DNA of 41,482 nucleotides, taken from Myxococcales bacterium (GTDB taxonomy: Bacteria > Myxococcota_A > UBA9042). Numbering within the stretch: the stretch's first letter is position 1; each line of letters opens with the position of its first letter. Shown one piece after another: positions 15,562 to 24,953 of the stretch. Position numbers and translations under genes: made by a program. Where the stretch lies: the NCBI GenBank assembly GCA_037441385.1, contig JBBISH010000048.1:1-41482 (forward strand). The letters run 5' to 3'. Under the pieces are notes generated by a model that made no database searches, was not told the DNA's origin, and worked only from the letters and a program-made list of their open reading frames with translations.

Positions 15562-17019
15562 AACCTGCCGCGCGACCGCCTGACCGCACAGCGTCGCCAG
15601 AGCGAGGATCGAGGTCTGCGGGTTGACGCCCGTATTGGTTGGAAACACGCTCGAATCGGCGACCCAGAGCCCCTTGGTGCCGTACAGTGTGAAATCGGGA
15701 GCCACGGCGCCGCGTTGCGGGTCGCTCGCCATCCGGCAAGTGCCAAAGAGGTGCGTCATCGCCATCGGCCACGCGCGCGGGTCTACGGACGCCTCGCGCT
15801 CGAACTGGTCGATCTCGTCAAGGGTTCGCAGCTCGGCCGCCGCGCCGTGCACGCCTGGCATGGCCACCTCGGCCCCCGCCGCCACCATCATCCGCGCCAT
15901 CACCGCCACCCCGCGGCGCACCTTGTGCATGTCCGCCGGTGTCAGGCCATAGCGAACCTGCAGCGGCGTCAAAAGCCCAGGCCGGACCGTGCCTTCCGCT
16001 TCAGCGCGCACGGCGACGCCCCAATGCGCCCAGTGGTCCAGGTCGTCGATCGCCCGCGCGAGCGAGGCCCCCACGCCCTTTTGCCGCATCGCCGCCAGGG
16101 CCGCATCGTAGCCCAAGGCTTCGAACTTCAAGCCCTCTTTGCGCAGGCCGATGACTTCGTGCCCCTGGGTCGCGCCTTGCCACATCCGCACCGGTTCGGC
16201 AAAGCGCCCCGTCAGGGACGCGCCGGGGTGCCCCATCAAGTGCTGGCCCACGTGGCGGTTGCCCAGCCCCGCTTTCTGCAGCAGCGCCGGGGTCTGCAGG
16301 GCGCTCGCGGCCAGCACCACCCCCTTGCAGCGCACTTCGACCGGACCCTGCGGCGACTGGACCAGCAGCCCGTGAGCGGCGCCGTCGCGGTGTAGGACCC
16401 GCAACACCTTGTGATCGGGAAGGATCTTGGCGCCAGCGACCTCCGCGTCGCGCAAATAGGTCAGGTCCATGCTCTGCTTGGCGCCTTGGGGACAACCCTC
16501 TAGGCACTGACCAAACCCCTTGCATCCCAGCGTGTTGCGCGCGATCGGCCGGTGCTCCAACCCTAGCGCCTCGGCGCCCTTGGCCAACAGCAGGTTGTTC
16601 GGGCCGGCGATCGCATCCGGGGTGGGCTGGATGTGCAGGTCGCGCTCGATCTGGTCAAAAAGGTTCTGCAATCGCTGGGGTTCCAAGACTTCGCTCAGCC
16701 CCGGATCGGCGGCGACCCAGGCGTCGCGCACATCGGCCGGCAGGCGCCATGAGATCGCGCCGTTGATGAGCGAACCGCCGCCGACGGCCCGGCCCTGGAT
16801 GAGCGGCAGCATCGCCCGGCCCTGGGCGACCACACCGCCCAGATCGCGGTACAGGTGCGCCAGGGCGAAGAAGCCGTCGCGGCCAAGGTCTTGCGGTTTC
16901 GCGCGAGATCCCTCTTCAAAAACAGCGATCTGACACAAGGGTGCTAGGTGTCGGGCGACCGCGGCGCCGGCCGGGCCAGAGCCGACGACGGCCACGTCGC
17001 AGCAGATCGGCGGGTTCAT
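15556..17019 (-). CDS. GMC family FAD oxidoreductase
   Basis: VVGSGPAG, GRAVGGGSLIN, CKGFGQCLEGCP.GAKQS, HLFGTCRM, DSSVFPT..GVNPQ. Confidence 0.9.
   Translation of the reverse strand: MNPPICCDVAVVGSGPAGAAVARHLAPLCQIAVFEEGSRAKPQDLGRDGFFALAHLYRDLGGVVAQGRAMLPLIQGRAVGGGSLINGAISWRLPADVRDAWVAADPGLSEVLEPQRLQNLFDQIERDLHIQPTPDAIAGPNNLLLAKGAEALGLEHRPIARNTLGCKGFGQCLEGCPQGAKQSMDLTYLRDAEVAGAKILPDHKVLRVLHRDGAAHGLLVQSPQGPVEVRCKGVVLAASALQTPALLQKAGLGNRHVGQHLMGHPGASLTGRFAEPVRMWQGATQGHEVIGLRKEGLKFEALGYDAALAAMRQKGVGASLARAIDDLDHWAHWGVAVRAEAEGTVRPGLLTPLQVRYGLTPADMHKVRRGVAVMARMMVAAGAEVAMPGVHGAAAELRTLDEIDQFEREASVDPRAWPMAMTHLFGTCRMASDPQRGAVAPDFTLYGTKGLWVADSSVFPTNTGVNPQTSILALATLCGQAVARQVG
16928..16955. repeat. Dispersed motif copy 4, inside the GMC gene
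   Basis: Exact ATCTGACACAAGGGTGC at 16928-16944 with right arm GTGTCGGG. Confidence 0.9.
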
Positions 17020-17990
17020 CGCAGGTCAGGCGGCGCGTCGTCGCGGGGCACGAACTCGTCCCAACCGTACTTCTCGGGGTACTCGCGCCAGGGCCCTTCG
17101 CAGACCGGATTCCACGAGCACCTTTCGCACGGCGGGCCGTGGAGCTTGCCGGCCTCCATTCGGTAGCGCTCGTAGTCGCCGATCTCGATATCGCCGTCGT
17201 AGACCGTGGTGCTCGGCAGCCGCGGCTCGATCGCCGCCCACTCGCGCCCGCGCAGGAAGCAGAAGGGTACCGCCTCGGTGATCGTGAAGATCCCGGCGGC
17301 GCGCACGATGTCCAGGGCCAGCGGCAGGTAGCGCTGCACGTCGCGATAACGCGGCACGGTGTCGTCCCAGGTGGCCGCGGCGGTGCCCAAGGCGTGCACG
17401 AACGCGAACTGAATCTGGCTGACCTTCAGCGACACCAAAAGCCGAGCAATTTGAGGCAGAAACGTGACGTTCTGCCGCGTAATCACCGTCTGAGTGAGCA
17501 CCCGCTGGCCCATGTCGGTCAGGTTCTTGATCCCCGCCGTGCACTGCACGAACGCGCCCTTGGCCCCGACCAGACCGTCGTGCAGCGCCGCGACGTGCCC
17601 GTGCAGACTGGGGTTGAACTCGGTCGCGCCCGCCTCGACCAGCGCTTGCGCATAGCTTTTGTACGCCAGCCGACGGCCGTTGGTCTGCACCTGGATGGTG
17701 GTGTAGCCCATATCTTTGGCGGCGCGGATGATCTCGGGCACGTCATCGCGCACGGTGATCTCGCCGCCGGTCAAAAGCAGCCCGTCGCAGTGGGCGCGGG
17801 CGTGGCGCAGGCGCTCGATCGCCTCTTGCGTGGTCAGATCCAGCACGTGATCGCGCTTGTCGCCCTGCACGCAGAACACGCACTTGTTGTTGCAGCGAAA
17901 CCCCAGCTTCAGGTCAAGTTTGTACGTACCGGCCGGCACTTGCGGCGCGGGGAACAGCACCTCGGACGGGCTGCTGGCGGGCTCGGACAT
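17016..17990 (-). CDS. Radical SAM protein with C-terminal Cys cluster (HxsC-like)
   Basis: CNNKCVFC, LTGGEIT, QTNGRRL, C-terminal CERCSWNPVCEG; 4-nt overlap with the GMC gene. Confidence 0.85.
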   Translation of the reverse strand: MSEPASSPSEVLFPAPQVPAGTYKLDLKLGFRCNNKCVFCVQGDKRDHVLDLTTQEAIERLRHARAHCDGLLLTGGEITVRDDVPEIIRAAKDMGYTTIQVQTNGRRLAYKSYAQALVEAGATEFNPSLHGHVAALHDGLVGAKGAFVQCTAGIKNLTDMGQRVLTQTVITRQNVTFLPQIARLLVSLKVSQIQFAFVHALGTAAATWDDTVPRYRDVQRYLPLALDIVRAAGIFTITEAVPFCFLRGREWAAIEPRLPSTTVYDGDIEIGDYERYRMEAGKLHGPPCERCSWNPVCEGPWREYPEKYGWDEFVPRDDAPPDLR

Positions 17991-18098
17991 ACTCACCTCG
18001 GCAGACTTGGGCCCCGCTTGCGCTGGCCTGGCGACCGCTTCAAGCTACCCTGTCGGGGCGGGTGCGAGCAAGCGCCAAAGCCGCGATCGGACAAAGCC

Positions 18099-18623
18099 AT
18101 GGCACGAAGTGGGCCGATTTGCACGCTGGCCGCAGCGCTGATTCTGACGCTGGCCGCCTGCGCCGCGCCGCCGCGGGTGGAGCCGAAGCCGCCGCAGGTG
18201 GGCGAGGTGCTCACCATCGAGGCTACCGACTGGCGCACCGGTCAGCCCGTCGAACTGGCCCAACTCCGCGGCAAAGTCACCCTGATCGAGCTGTGGGCGA
18301 CCTGGTGCGGACCGTGCGCCCAGGCCCTGGCCCACCACAGCCAGCTCTACCAGCGGCTGCAAAGCAAGGGCCTGCGGGCGCTCGCGATCAGCCTGGACGA
18401 GGACCGCGACGCCCTGGTCCGGTTCCTGGCCAGCCGCGAAATTCCGTTTGCGATCGCCTGGGATAGCCAACAGCGGACTGGCGAGCGGCTGCGGCCGCCG
18501 CTGCTTCCGACTACCTATGTGCTGGACGTGGAGGGCAAGATCCTGGGCATCTACCGCGGCGGCGACGATGCGGCGCTGCGGGCCATCCGCGACCAGGTCG
18601 AGTCGGCGCTGGAAAAGCCTTAG
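18099..18623 (+). CDS. TlpA-family thiol-disulfide oxidoreductase lipoprotein
   Basis: WATWCGPC, LPTTYVLD, lipobox LAAC. Confidence 0.9.
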   Translation: MARSGPICTLAAALILTLAACAAPPRVEPKPPQVGEVLTIEATDWRTGQPVELAQLRGKVTLIELWATWCGPCAQALAHHSQLYQRLQSKGLRALAISLDEDRDALVRFLASREIPFAIAWDSQQRTGERLRPPLLPTTYVLDVEGKILGIYRGGDDAALRAIRDQVESALEKP

Positions 18624-18629
18624 ATCTAG

Positions 18630-20036
18630 CTATTTTACTTGGTGCAGCGGCTGACCGGTCGCCGCGAGCGCGGCTTCGAGCATCGCTTCCGCCAGGGTCG
18701 GGTGGGCGTGCACGGTCAGCGCGATGTCCTCGGCTGTGGCCGCCATCTCGACCGCCAGCCCGGCTTCGGCAATCAGTTCGCTCGCTTCCGGCCCCACGAT
18801 GTGCACCGCCAGGATGTCGCCCTTTTCGCCCGTGACGATGCGGGCAAAGCCGTCGCCCGCGTTCGCCGTCAGCGCACGGCCCAGGGCACCAAAATTGAAC
18901 TTGCCGGTCTTGTACTTGACGCCCGCCTTGTCCAGCTCGGCCAGCGTCGGCCCCACGGTGGCGATCTCGGGGTCGGTGTAGACCACGTTGGGGATGCAGG
19001 CCACGTCCATCGCCGCGCCCTGGTGACCGGCGATCACCTCGGCCGCCACCTCGCCTTCGCGGCTGGCCTTGTGGGCGAGCATCGGCGCCCCGGCCACGTC
19101 GCCGATCGCGTACAGACCCGGCACACTGGTCCGCAACTGCTTGTCTACACCGATAAAGCCGCGCGCGTCGGCCTGCAGGCCCACCGTCTCCAGGCCCAGG
19201 CCCGCGCTGTTCGGCCGACGCCCCACCGCCACCAGCACCTTGTCCACGGCCAGCTCGACCGGCTGACCCTTGGCGTCTTCTAGCTGCAGCACCGCGCCGC
19301 CGCCCTCGCCCGGCCGCCAGCCCTTGGCCTTGTGCGAAACCAGGTACTTGATGCCCAGCTTGGCGTGCTTTTGCTGCAGCGGGCGCACCACGTCGGCGTC
19401 AAAGAACGGTAGCACGCGCTCGGCCGCCTCGACCACCGTCACCTGCGTGCCAATACGCGCATAGACCTCACCCAGCTCCAGGCCGATCACGCCGCCGCCG
19501 ATCACGGCCATCCGCGCCGGGATCTCACTCAGGGCCAGCGCGTCCGTCGAGTCCAAGATCGTCTGATGATCAAAGGCAAAACCCGGGATCTGAATCGGCG
19601 ACGAGCCCGTGGCCAGCACGATCGCCTCGGTGTGAACCGTCTCGGTCGTGCCGTCGGCCTTGGTCACCTGCAGCCGGCCGGGGCCGTCCAGCACCGCCTT
19701 GCCCTGCAACACGTCGACTTTGTTCGCCTTGAGCAGCTGACCCACGCCCGACGACAGCTTGCCCGTGATGCCGTCCTTCCACGCCACCATCTGCTTCAGG
19801 TCCACCGAGATGTCCTTGGCGATCACGCCCATCGCCGCGCCGTCCTTGGCCTTTTTGTAGGTCTTGGTGGCGTGGATCAGCGCCTTGGAGGGGATGCAGC
19901 CCACGTTCAGGCACACGCCGCCCAGCTTGCCCGCGTCGATCACCAGGGTTTTCTTGCCGAATTGCCCCAGGCGGATGCCGCACACGTAGCCGCCCGGACC
20001 GCCGCCTACCACCACCGCTTCGTACGAGATCGCCAT
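18630..20036 (-). CDS. lpdA: Dihydrolipoyl dehydrogenase
   Basis: GGGPGGY, GGVCLNVGCIPSK, IGGGVIGLE, LAHKASREG, HAHPTLAE. Confidence 0.95.
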   Translation of the reverse strand: MAISYEAVVVGGGPGGYVCGIRLGQFGKKTLVIDAGKLGGVCLNVGCIPSKALIHATKTYKKAKDGAAMGVIAKDISVDLKQMVAWKDGITGKLSSGVGQLLKANKVDVLQGKAVLDGPGRLQVTKADGTTETVHTEAIVLATGSSPIQIPGFAFDHQTILDSTDALALSEIPARMAVIGGGVIGLELGEVYARIGTQVTVVEAAERVLPFFDADVVRPLQQKHAKLGIKYLVSHKAKGWRPGEGGGAVLQLEDAKGQPVELAVDKVLVAVGRRPNSAGLGLETVGLQADARGFIGVDKQLRTSVPGLYAIGDVAGAPMLAHKASREGEVAAEVIAGHQGAAMDVACIPNVVYTDPEIATVGPTLAELDKAGVKYKTGKFNFGALGRALTANAGDGFARIVTGEKGDILAVHIVGPEASELIAEAGLAVEMAATAEDIALTVHAHPTLAEAMLEAALAATGQPLHQVK

Positions 20037-20163
20037 GTCGAGTCCTTTGCCGGCCGCCAGGCCGCTGGCGCCGCGCATGGTCCGCCGGCCGCCGTCGCCG
20101 GTCAAGCACAGCCACGCTATGCTGCTGCGCGGCCGCACCTCCCTGGCGCGCCCAAGGATCGCC

Positions 20164-20832
20164 ATGCGCTTCGACTCTGCCGCCCTCTCGCCCAAAGACG
20201 CCTACGCCCTGCTGATCTCCACCATCGTGCCGCGGCCGATCGCCTGGGTCTCGACCCTGGATCGCGCCGGCCACAGCAACCTCGCGCCCTTCTCGTTCTT
20301 TACCGGGGTGGCCAGTCGGCCGCCGCTGCTGTGCCTGTCGATCGGCCAGCGCCGAGTGGACGGCACGATGCAACCCAAGGACACGCTTGCCAATATTCAG
20401 GCCACCGGCGAGTTCGTGGTCAACATCCCCAGCGCCGACCAGGCCGCGGCGGTGAACCAATCGGCGGCCGAGCTGCCGCCAGGCACCTCCGAGCTGGAGG
20501 CCCTGCAACTGCCCACCGCGCCAAGTGTTCACGTCGCGCCGCCGCGGGTGACGAGCTGCCGGATCCAGCTGGAGTGCAAGCTCGACCAGATCGTCTGGCT
20601 GGGTCAGCCCGCTACCCAGGCGCTGGTGGTGGGCCAGGTGCTGTGCTTCCACATCGATGACGCCATCTGGAGCGACACACTGCACGGTGTGGACCCGCTG
20701 GCGCTGGATCCGCTATCCCGGCTTGGCGGCAAGGCTTTTGGCACGACTGGTCAAGCGATCGAGCTGGAGCGGCCGGATTGGTTGGCGACGGGGTTCTCGG
20801 CGGCGGTGGCGCGGGATAAGGCAGTCAAGTAG
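20164..20832 (+). CDS. Flavin reductase-like family protein
   Basis: VPRPIAWVST, NLAPFSFF, KDTLANI..TGEFVVN, PLSRLGG. Confidence 0.9.
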   Translation: MRFDSAALSPKDAYALLISTIVPRPIAWVSTLDRAGHSNLAPFSFFTGVASRPPLLCLSIGQRRVDGTMQPKDTLANIQATGEFVVNIPSADQAAAVNQSAAELPPGTSELEALQLPTAPSVHVAPPRVTSCRIQLECKLDQIVWLGQPATQALVVGQVLCFHIDDAIWSDTLHGVDPLALDPLSRLGGKAFGTTGQAIELERPDWLATGFSAAVARDKAVK

Positions 20833-20837
20833 TTGGC

Positions 20838-21737
20838 CTACAAGCAAGACCCCACCGCCGCGCCCTCGCTCCCCGGCTGCCCCAGCTGCACGCACTTCTT
20901 GCCGCCTGGGCATTTCCAGCCCGACTTGCCCGTCATGTCGCAGATCTGCGTGCAAGTGCTGTTGACGCACACCATGCCCTTTTGGCAGTCGATCAAGTAC
21001 TTGCAGGTCTGCCCCAGCGTGGCGGCCCCAGCGCCCAAGCACACGAGCACGCCGCCACTGTAGGGGTAGCACTGCTCGTTCGGCTTGCAGGTCTGCGATC
21101 CAAAGGGATTGCACGGGGTGTTGCTGCACTTGCCGCAATCGCCGGGGCAGCCGTCACAGTCCTCGTTGGCGCCGCAGGTGCCGTCGCCGCAGCTGCCCGG
21201 ACAGTCGCCGCAGTCGCTGGGGCAGCTCACGCAGCTCTCGGTGGGTTCGCAGATCCCGTTGTTGCAGGCGGTGGCGCACGATCCGCAGTCGCTGGGACAG
21301 GTTGCACAGGTCTCGCCGCTGCCGCACTGGCCGTCGCCGCACTGGGCCGTGCACTCGCCGCAGTCGTACGGGCAGCCCAAGCAGTCCTCGCTTTCGCCGC
21401 AGAACGTGTCGCCGCACACGGTGTTCGGTACGGTGATCTCGGGGCCGCTGTCGGCGGCGGCGTCAGTCTTGCTCGCGTCGGTCTTGCCCGTGTCGGTCTT
21501 GCCCGTGTCGGATTTGCCTGCGTCGCTGGCGGTGGCATCGCCCGGACCGACGCCAAGGTCGCTGCTTGCGCTGTCGCTGACCTGCACGTCGCCGGTCTGG
21601 GTGTCGCTGCTCACTTGGGCGAGGTCGGCGCCGGCGCTGCTGTTCAAGCTGGCGCCCGAGTTGGGCGAGCCGCAGCCGGCCAGTGCGAGCAAAGCCGCGA
21701 GCAGGAATCCAACCAGGCGGCGGCAACGGCAAGTCAT
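20838..21737 (-). CDS. Cysteine-rich repeat lipoprotein (myxobacterial type)
   Basis: Lipobox LAGC; Ser/Asp/Thr linker with KTDTG repeats; four CGDGxC..E.C..CP.DCG.C-type repeats. Confidence 0.8.
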   Translation of the reverse strand: MTCRCRRLVGFLLAALLALAGCGSPNSGASLNSSAGADLAQVSSDTQTGDVQVSDSASSDLGVGPGDATASDAGKSDTGKTDTGKTDASKTDAAADSGPEITVPNTVCGDTFCGESEDCLGCPYDCGECTAQCGDGQCGSGETCATCPSDCGSCATACNNGICEPTESCVSCPSDCGDCPGSCGDGTCGANEDCDGCPGDCGKCSNTPCNPFGSQTCKPNEQCYPYSGGVLVCLGAGAATLGQTCKYLIDCQKGMVCVNSTCTQICDMTGKSGWKCPGGKKCVQLGQPGSEGAAVGSCL

Positions 21738-21882
21738 CGAAAATCCTTTGCACACCCGGCAGTGTCGCCGCCAAAGCTTAGCAACGCCCAGGCAACGGCT
21801 CAAGCTATCGACTTCGGGCCGGCTTGGCGCGACAATGGACACCGATGCGGCACTGCACTTGCCGCCCCTTCGCGGAGGACTC

Positions 21883-23268
21883 ATGGCCCGTACCCTCGCC
21901 ATGATCATGGCCGGCGGCAAAGGCTCCCGGCTCGCGCCCCTCACCTCGCACCGCGCCAAGCCTGCTGTACCGTTTGGAGGACGCTACCGCATCATCGACT
22001 TCGTGCTGTCGAACTTCATCAATTCCGGCTACTACCGCATCCATGTACTCACGCAGTACATGGCCAGCTCGCTGATCCGCCACCTGAACCACACCTGGAA
22101 CTTGGGCGGCACCCTCTCGGACCAATTCGTTGAGCCGGTGCCCGCGCAAATGCGCCGCGGCGAGCACTGGTACGAGGGCACGGCCGACGCCATCTACCAG
22201 AACTTGAACCTCATCCACGACGATCACGCGGACCACGTCGCGGTATTCGGCGGCGACCACATCTACAAGTTCGACGTGGGCCAGATGGAGGCCCACCACG
22301 TCGCCATCGACGCCGACCTGACCATCGCCGCGTTCCCGGTGCCCAAGGCCGAAGCGCGCCACTTTGGCGTGATCGAGGTCGACGCGAATGGCCGCATCAC
22401 CGGCTTCCAAGAAAAACCCAGCGTGGACACGGCGGCCACCATCCCCGGCAACCCCGAGCAGTGCCTGGTGTCGATGGGCAACTACTTCTTCAAGCGCAAG
22501 GTCTTGGAAGAGGTGCTGATCCACGACGCCGAGCTTGACGAGAGCAGCCACGACTTTGGCAAGGACATCATCCCGCGCATGGTCCGCGACGGCGCGCGCG
22601 TGTTCATCTACGACTTTGCCACCAACGTGGTGCCCGGCGAGGCCGCCGACGCCAAGCCCTACTGGCGCGACGTGGGCACGCTGGACAGCTACTTTGACGC
22701 CAACATGGACCTGCGGGCGGTGGTGCCCACCTTCAACCTGTACAACCGCAAGTGGCCGATTCGCTCGATGCCGCACCAGCTGCCGCCCGCCAAGTTCGTG
22801 CTCGCCGGCAAGCAGCGCGAATTCGGCCAGGTGGTCGACTCGCTGGTGTGCGAAGGCACGATCGTGTCGGGCGCGATGCTCGTGGGCGTCATTGCCGGTG
22901 TGGACTGCTACTTCCACCGCTTCGCCAGCATCGAGAACAGCGTGCTCTGCAGCCGCGACCGCGTCGGCCGCCACTGCTGGCTCAAGAACGTGCTCGCCGA
23001 CACCAACGTGGTGATCTCGGAGGGTGTGACCATCGGCTACGACAAAGAGGCCGACGCCCAGCGCTTCCCGTTCATCACGCAAAAGGGCATCGTGGTGCTG
23101 CCCAAGGGGACCTTTGTGCCCAAGGACGGCCCGATCGAGGTCGCCTTGGACATGGCGGCCATGCTGGAGCAAGACCAGGCTACCTCTGAACAATTCAAGG
23201 CGCTGCGCGACCGCATCGTGGTCACCACGCGGCACTCCAACGATCCGATTCGCGCCAGCCAGGCGTGA
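21883..23268 (+). CDS. glgC: Glucose-1-phosphate adenylyltransferase
   Basis: MAGGKGSRLAPLT, RAKPAVPFGG, WYEGTADA, GDHIYK, FQEKP, DFGKDIIP, YWRDVGT; GGAGG RBS. Confidence 0.95.
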   Translation: MARTLAMIMAGGKGSRLAPLTSHRAKPAVPFGGRYRIIDFVLSNFINSGYYRIHVLTQYMASSLIRHLNHTWNLGGTLSDQFVEPVPAQMRRGEHWYEGTADAIYQNLNLIHDDHADHVAVFGGDHIYKFDVGQMEAHHVAIDADLTIAAFPVPKAEARHFGVIEVDANGRITGFQEKPSVDTAATIPGNPEQCLVSMGNYFFKRKVLEEVLIHDAELDESSHDFGKDIIPRMVRDGARVFIYDFATNVVPGEAADAKPYWRDVGTLDSYFDANMDLRAVVPTFNLYNRKWPIRSMPHQLPPAKFVLAGKQREFGQVVDSLVCEGTIVSGAMLVGVIAGVDCYFHRFASIENSVLCSRDRVGRHCWLKNVLADTNVVISEGVTIGYDKEADAQRFPFITQKGIVVLPKGTFVPKDGPIEVALDMAAMLEQDQATSEQFKALRDRIVVTTRHSNDPIRASQA

Positions 23269-23323
23269 CGGGCAACGTCGATCGGGTGGTGCGATCGACT
23301 CAGCACAGGGTGGGGGCAAAAAC

Positions 23324-24880
23324 ATGGTCGGCCCATTGCGCGTGGCGTTCGCCGCGGCGGAAGTCACGCCGTGGATCTCGACAGGCGGCCTGGGGGAAGT
23401 GGCCGCGGCGCTGCCCAAAGCGCTGGCCCACCGCGGCTGCGACGTAGCAGTCTACGTGCCGCTCTACACGGCGGTGCGCGCGACCATCGCCAACAAAGGC
23501 GCGCGGCTGGTCGACACCGGCGTGGTGTCGCAAGTTTGGATGGGCGGTCACCGCCTGGACAGCCAGATCTTTCGCATCGTTGCACGCGGTGAACCGCTGG
23601 AGCACCCGGCCTGGAGCCACCACGACGAGGGCGAGGACGGCGAACCGTCGCAGCGCGGCCGCCTTCGCACCTATGCCGTGGATTGTCCTGTGCTTTTTGA
23701 GCGCGACGGCGCCTACGGCCACCGCGACGACGCGGCGCGGTTTTCGACCTTTGCCCGCGCTGTGCTCAATACCGCCCACCGCCTGCTGGGCGGCCACCCC
23801 GACGTCGTGCACGCCCACGACTGGCACGCGTCGCTGTTGCCGGTCTATCTGGCGGGGCCCTACCGGCGCCTGCTGCCCACCACGGCGTCCGTGCTCACGA
23901 TCCACAACCTGGCCTACCAGGGCACCTTTCCGGCGAGTGAGCTGGCCACGATCGGCCTGGGTCCCGAACAATTTCGCCCGGATATCTTGGAGTACTACGG
24001 CGCGATCAACTGGCTCAAGGGCGGCATCGCCACGGCCGACGCCGTCACCACCGTAAGCCCGCGCTACGCCGACGAGATCCGCACCCCGGCCTATGGCGAA
24101 CGCCTAGAGGGCGTGCTGCGCGCCCACGGCAGCCGCCTGTACGGGATCCTGAACGGCATCGACACCGACATCTGGAACCCGGCGCGCGACCCGTACTTGG
24201 CCAAGGGCTACAACGCCCAAGATCTGTCTGGCAAGTGGGCATGCCGGCAGAGCCTTTTGCAGATGGCGCGCATGGACCCAGAGGATAGCCACCCGGTGTT
24301 TGGGGTGGTATCGCGACTGTCGGCGCAAAAGGGCTTGGATTTACTCGCGGACTTGGTGCCGTACTTGGCATCGCGGTCGGTGCGGCTGATCCTGCTGGGC
24401 AAGGGCGAGCCGGCCCTGCAAGAGCGTTTTGAGCAACTGGAAAAGCAGTTCCACAGCCACGTGCGCGTGCGCATCGGCTTCGAGCCCGATCTGGCGCACG
24501 TCCTGCAAGCCGGCGCCGACGCGATCTTGATGCCGAGCCGCTACGAACCCTGTGGTCTCACGCAGATGTACGGCATGCGCTACGGCACGGTGCCGATCGT
24601 GCGCGCGGTGGGCGGTCTGTACGATACGGTCGTGCCGGTCACGCCGCGCAGCGTGGCCGAGGGCACCGCCACCGGCTTTACCTACGATCACGACACCTTG
24701 CAGGGCCTGCAGTGGGCCGCGGATCGCGCCCTGGACGTGTACTACAGCCAACCGAATGTGTGGCGCCAGTTGATGCTGACGGGCATGGCGACCGACTTTT
24801 CGTGGGACCGCTCGGCCGACCGCTACCTGGCCGTCTACGGGCGAGCGCTGGGGCGGGTGCGCCGCGGCCGGCGAGGTTGA
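23324..24880 (+). CDS. glgA: Glycogen synthase
   Basis: (S)TGGLGEV, HAHDWH, TIHNLAYQG, GILNGID, QKGLDL, MPSRYEPCGLTQ, VGGLYDTV; follows glgC. Confidence 0.92.
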   Translation: MVGPLRVAFAAAEVTPWISTGGLGEVAAALPKALAHRGCDVAVYVPLYTAVRATIANKGARLVDTGVVSQVWMGGHRLDSQIFRIVARGEPLEHPAWSHHDEGEDGEPSQRGRLRTYAVDCPVLFERDGAYGHRDDAARFSTFARAVLNTAHRLLGGHPDVVHAHDWHASLLPVYLAGPYRRLLPTTASVLTIHNLAYQGTFPASELATIGLGPEQFRPDILEYYGAINWLKGGIATADAVTTVSPRYADEIRTPAYGERLEGVLRAHGSRLYGILNGIDTDIWNPARDPYLAKGYNAQDLSGKWACRQSLLQMARMDPEDSHPVFGVVSRLSAQKGLDLLADLVPYLASRSVRLILLGKGEPALQERFEQLEKQFHSHVRVRIGFEPDLAHVLQAGADAILMPSRYEPCGLTQMYGMRYGTVPIVRAVGGLYDTVVPVTPRSVAEGTATGFTYDHDTLQGLQWAADRALDVYYSQPNVWRQLMLTGMATDFSWDRSADRYLAVYGRALGRVRRGRRG

Positions 24881-24953
24881 TTTCCTACGAACCCCGGTTC
24901 GGGCCCAAGGAATTGCCAAAGTTTTTCGAGCCGACTCCAAGGGATTTCGCATC

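Noticed and set aside
1751..16944. Dispersed motif as CRISPR repeats
   Set aside because: Copies are kilobases apart, some inside genes; there are no regular spacers and no cas genes
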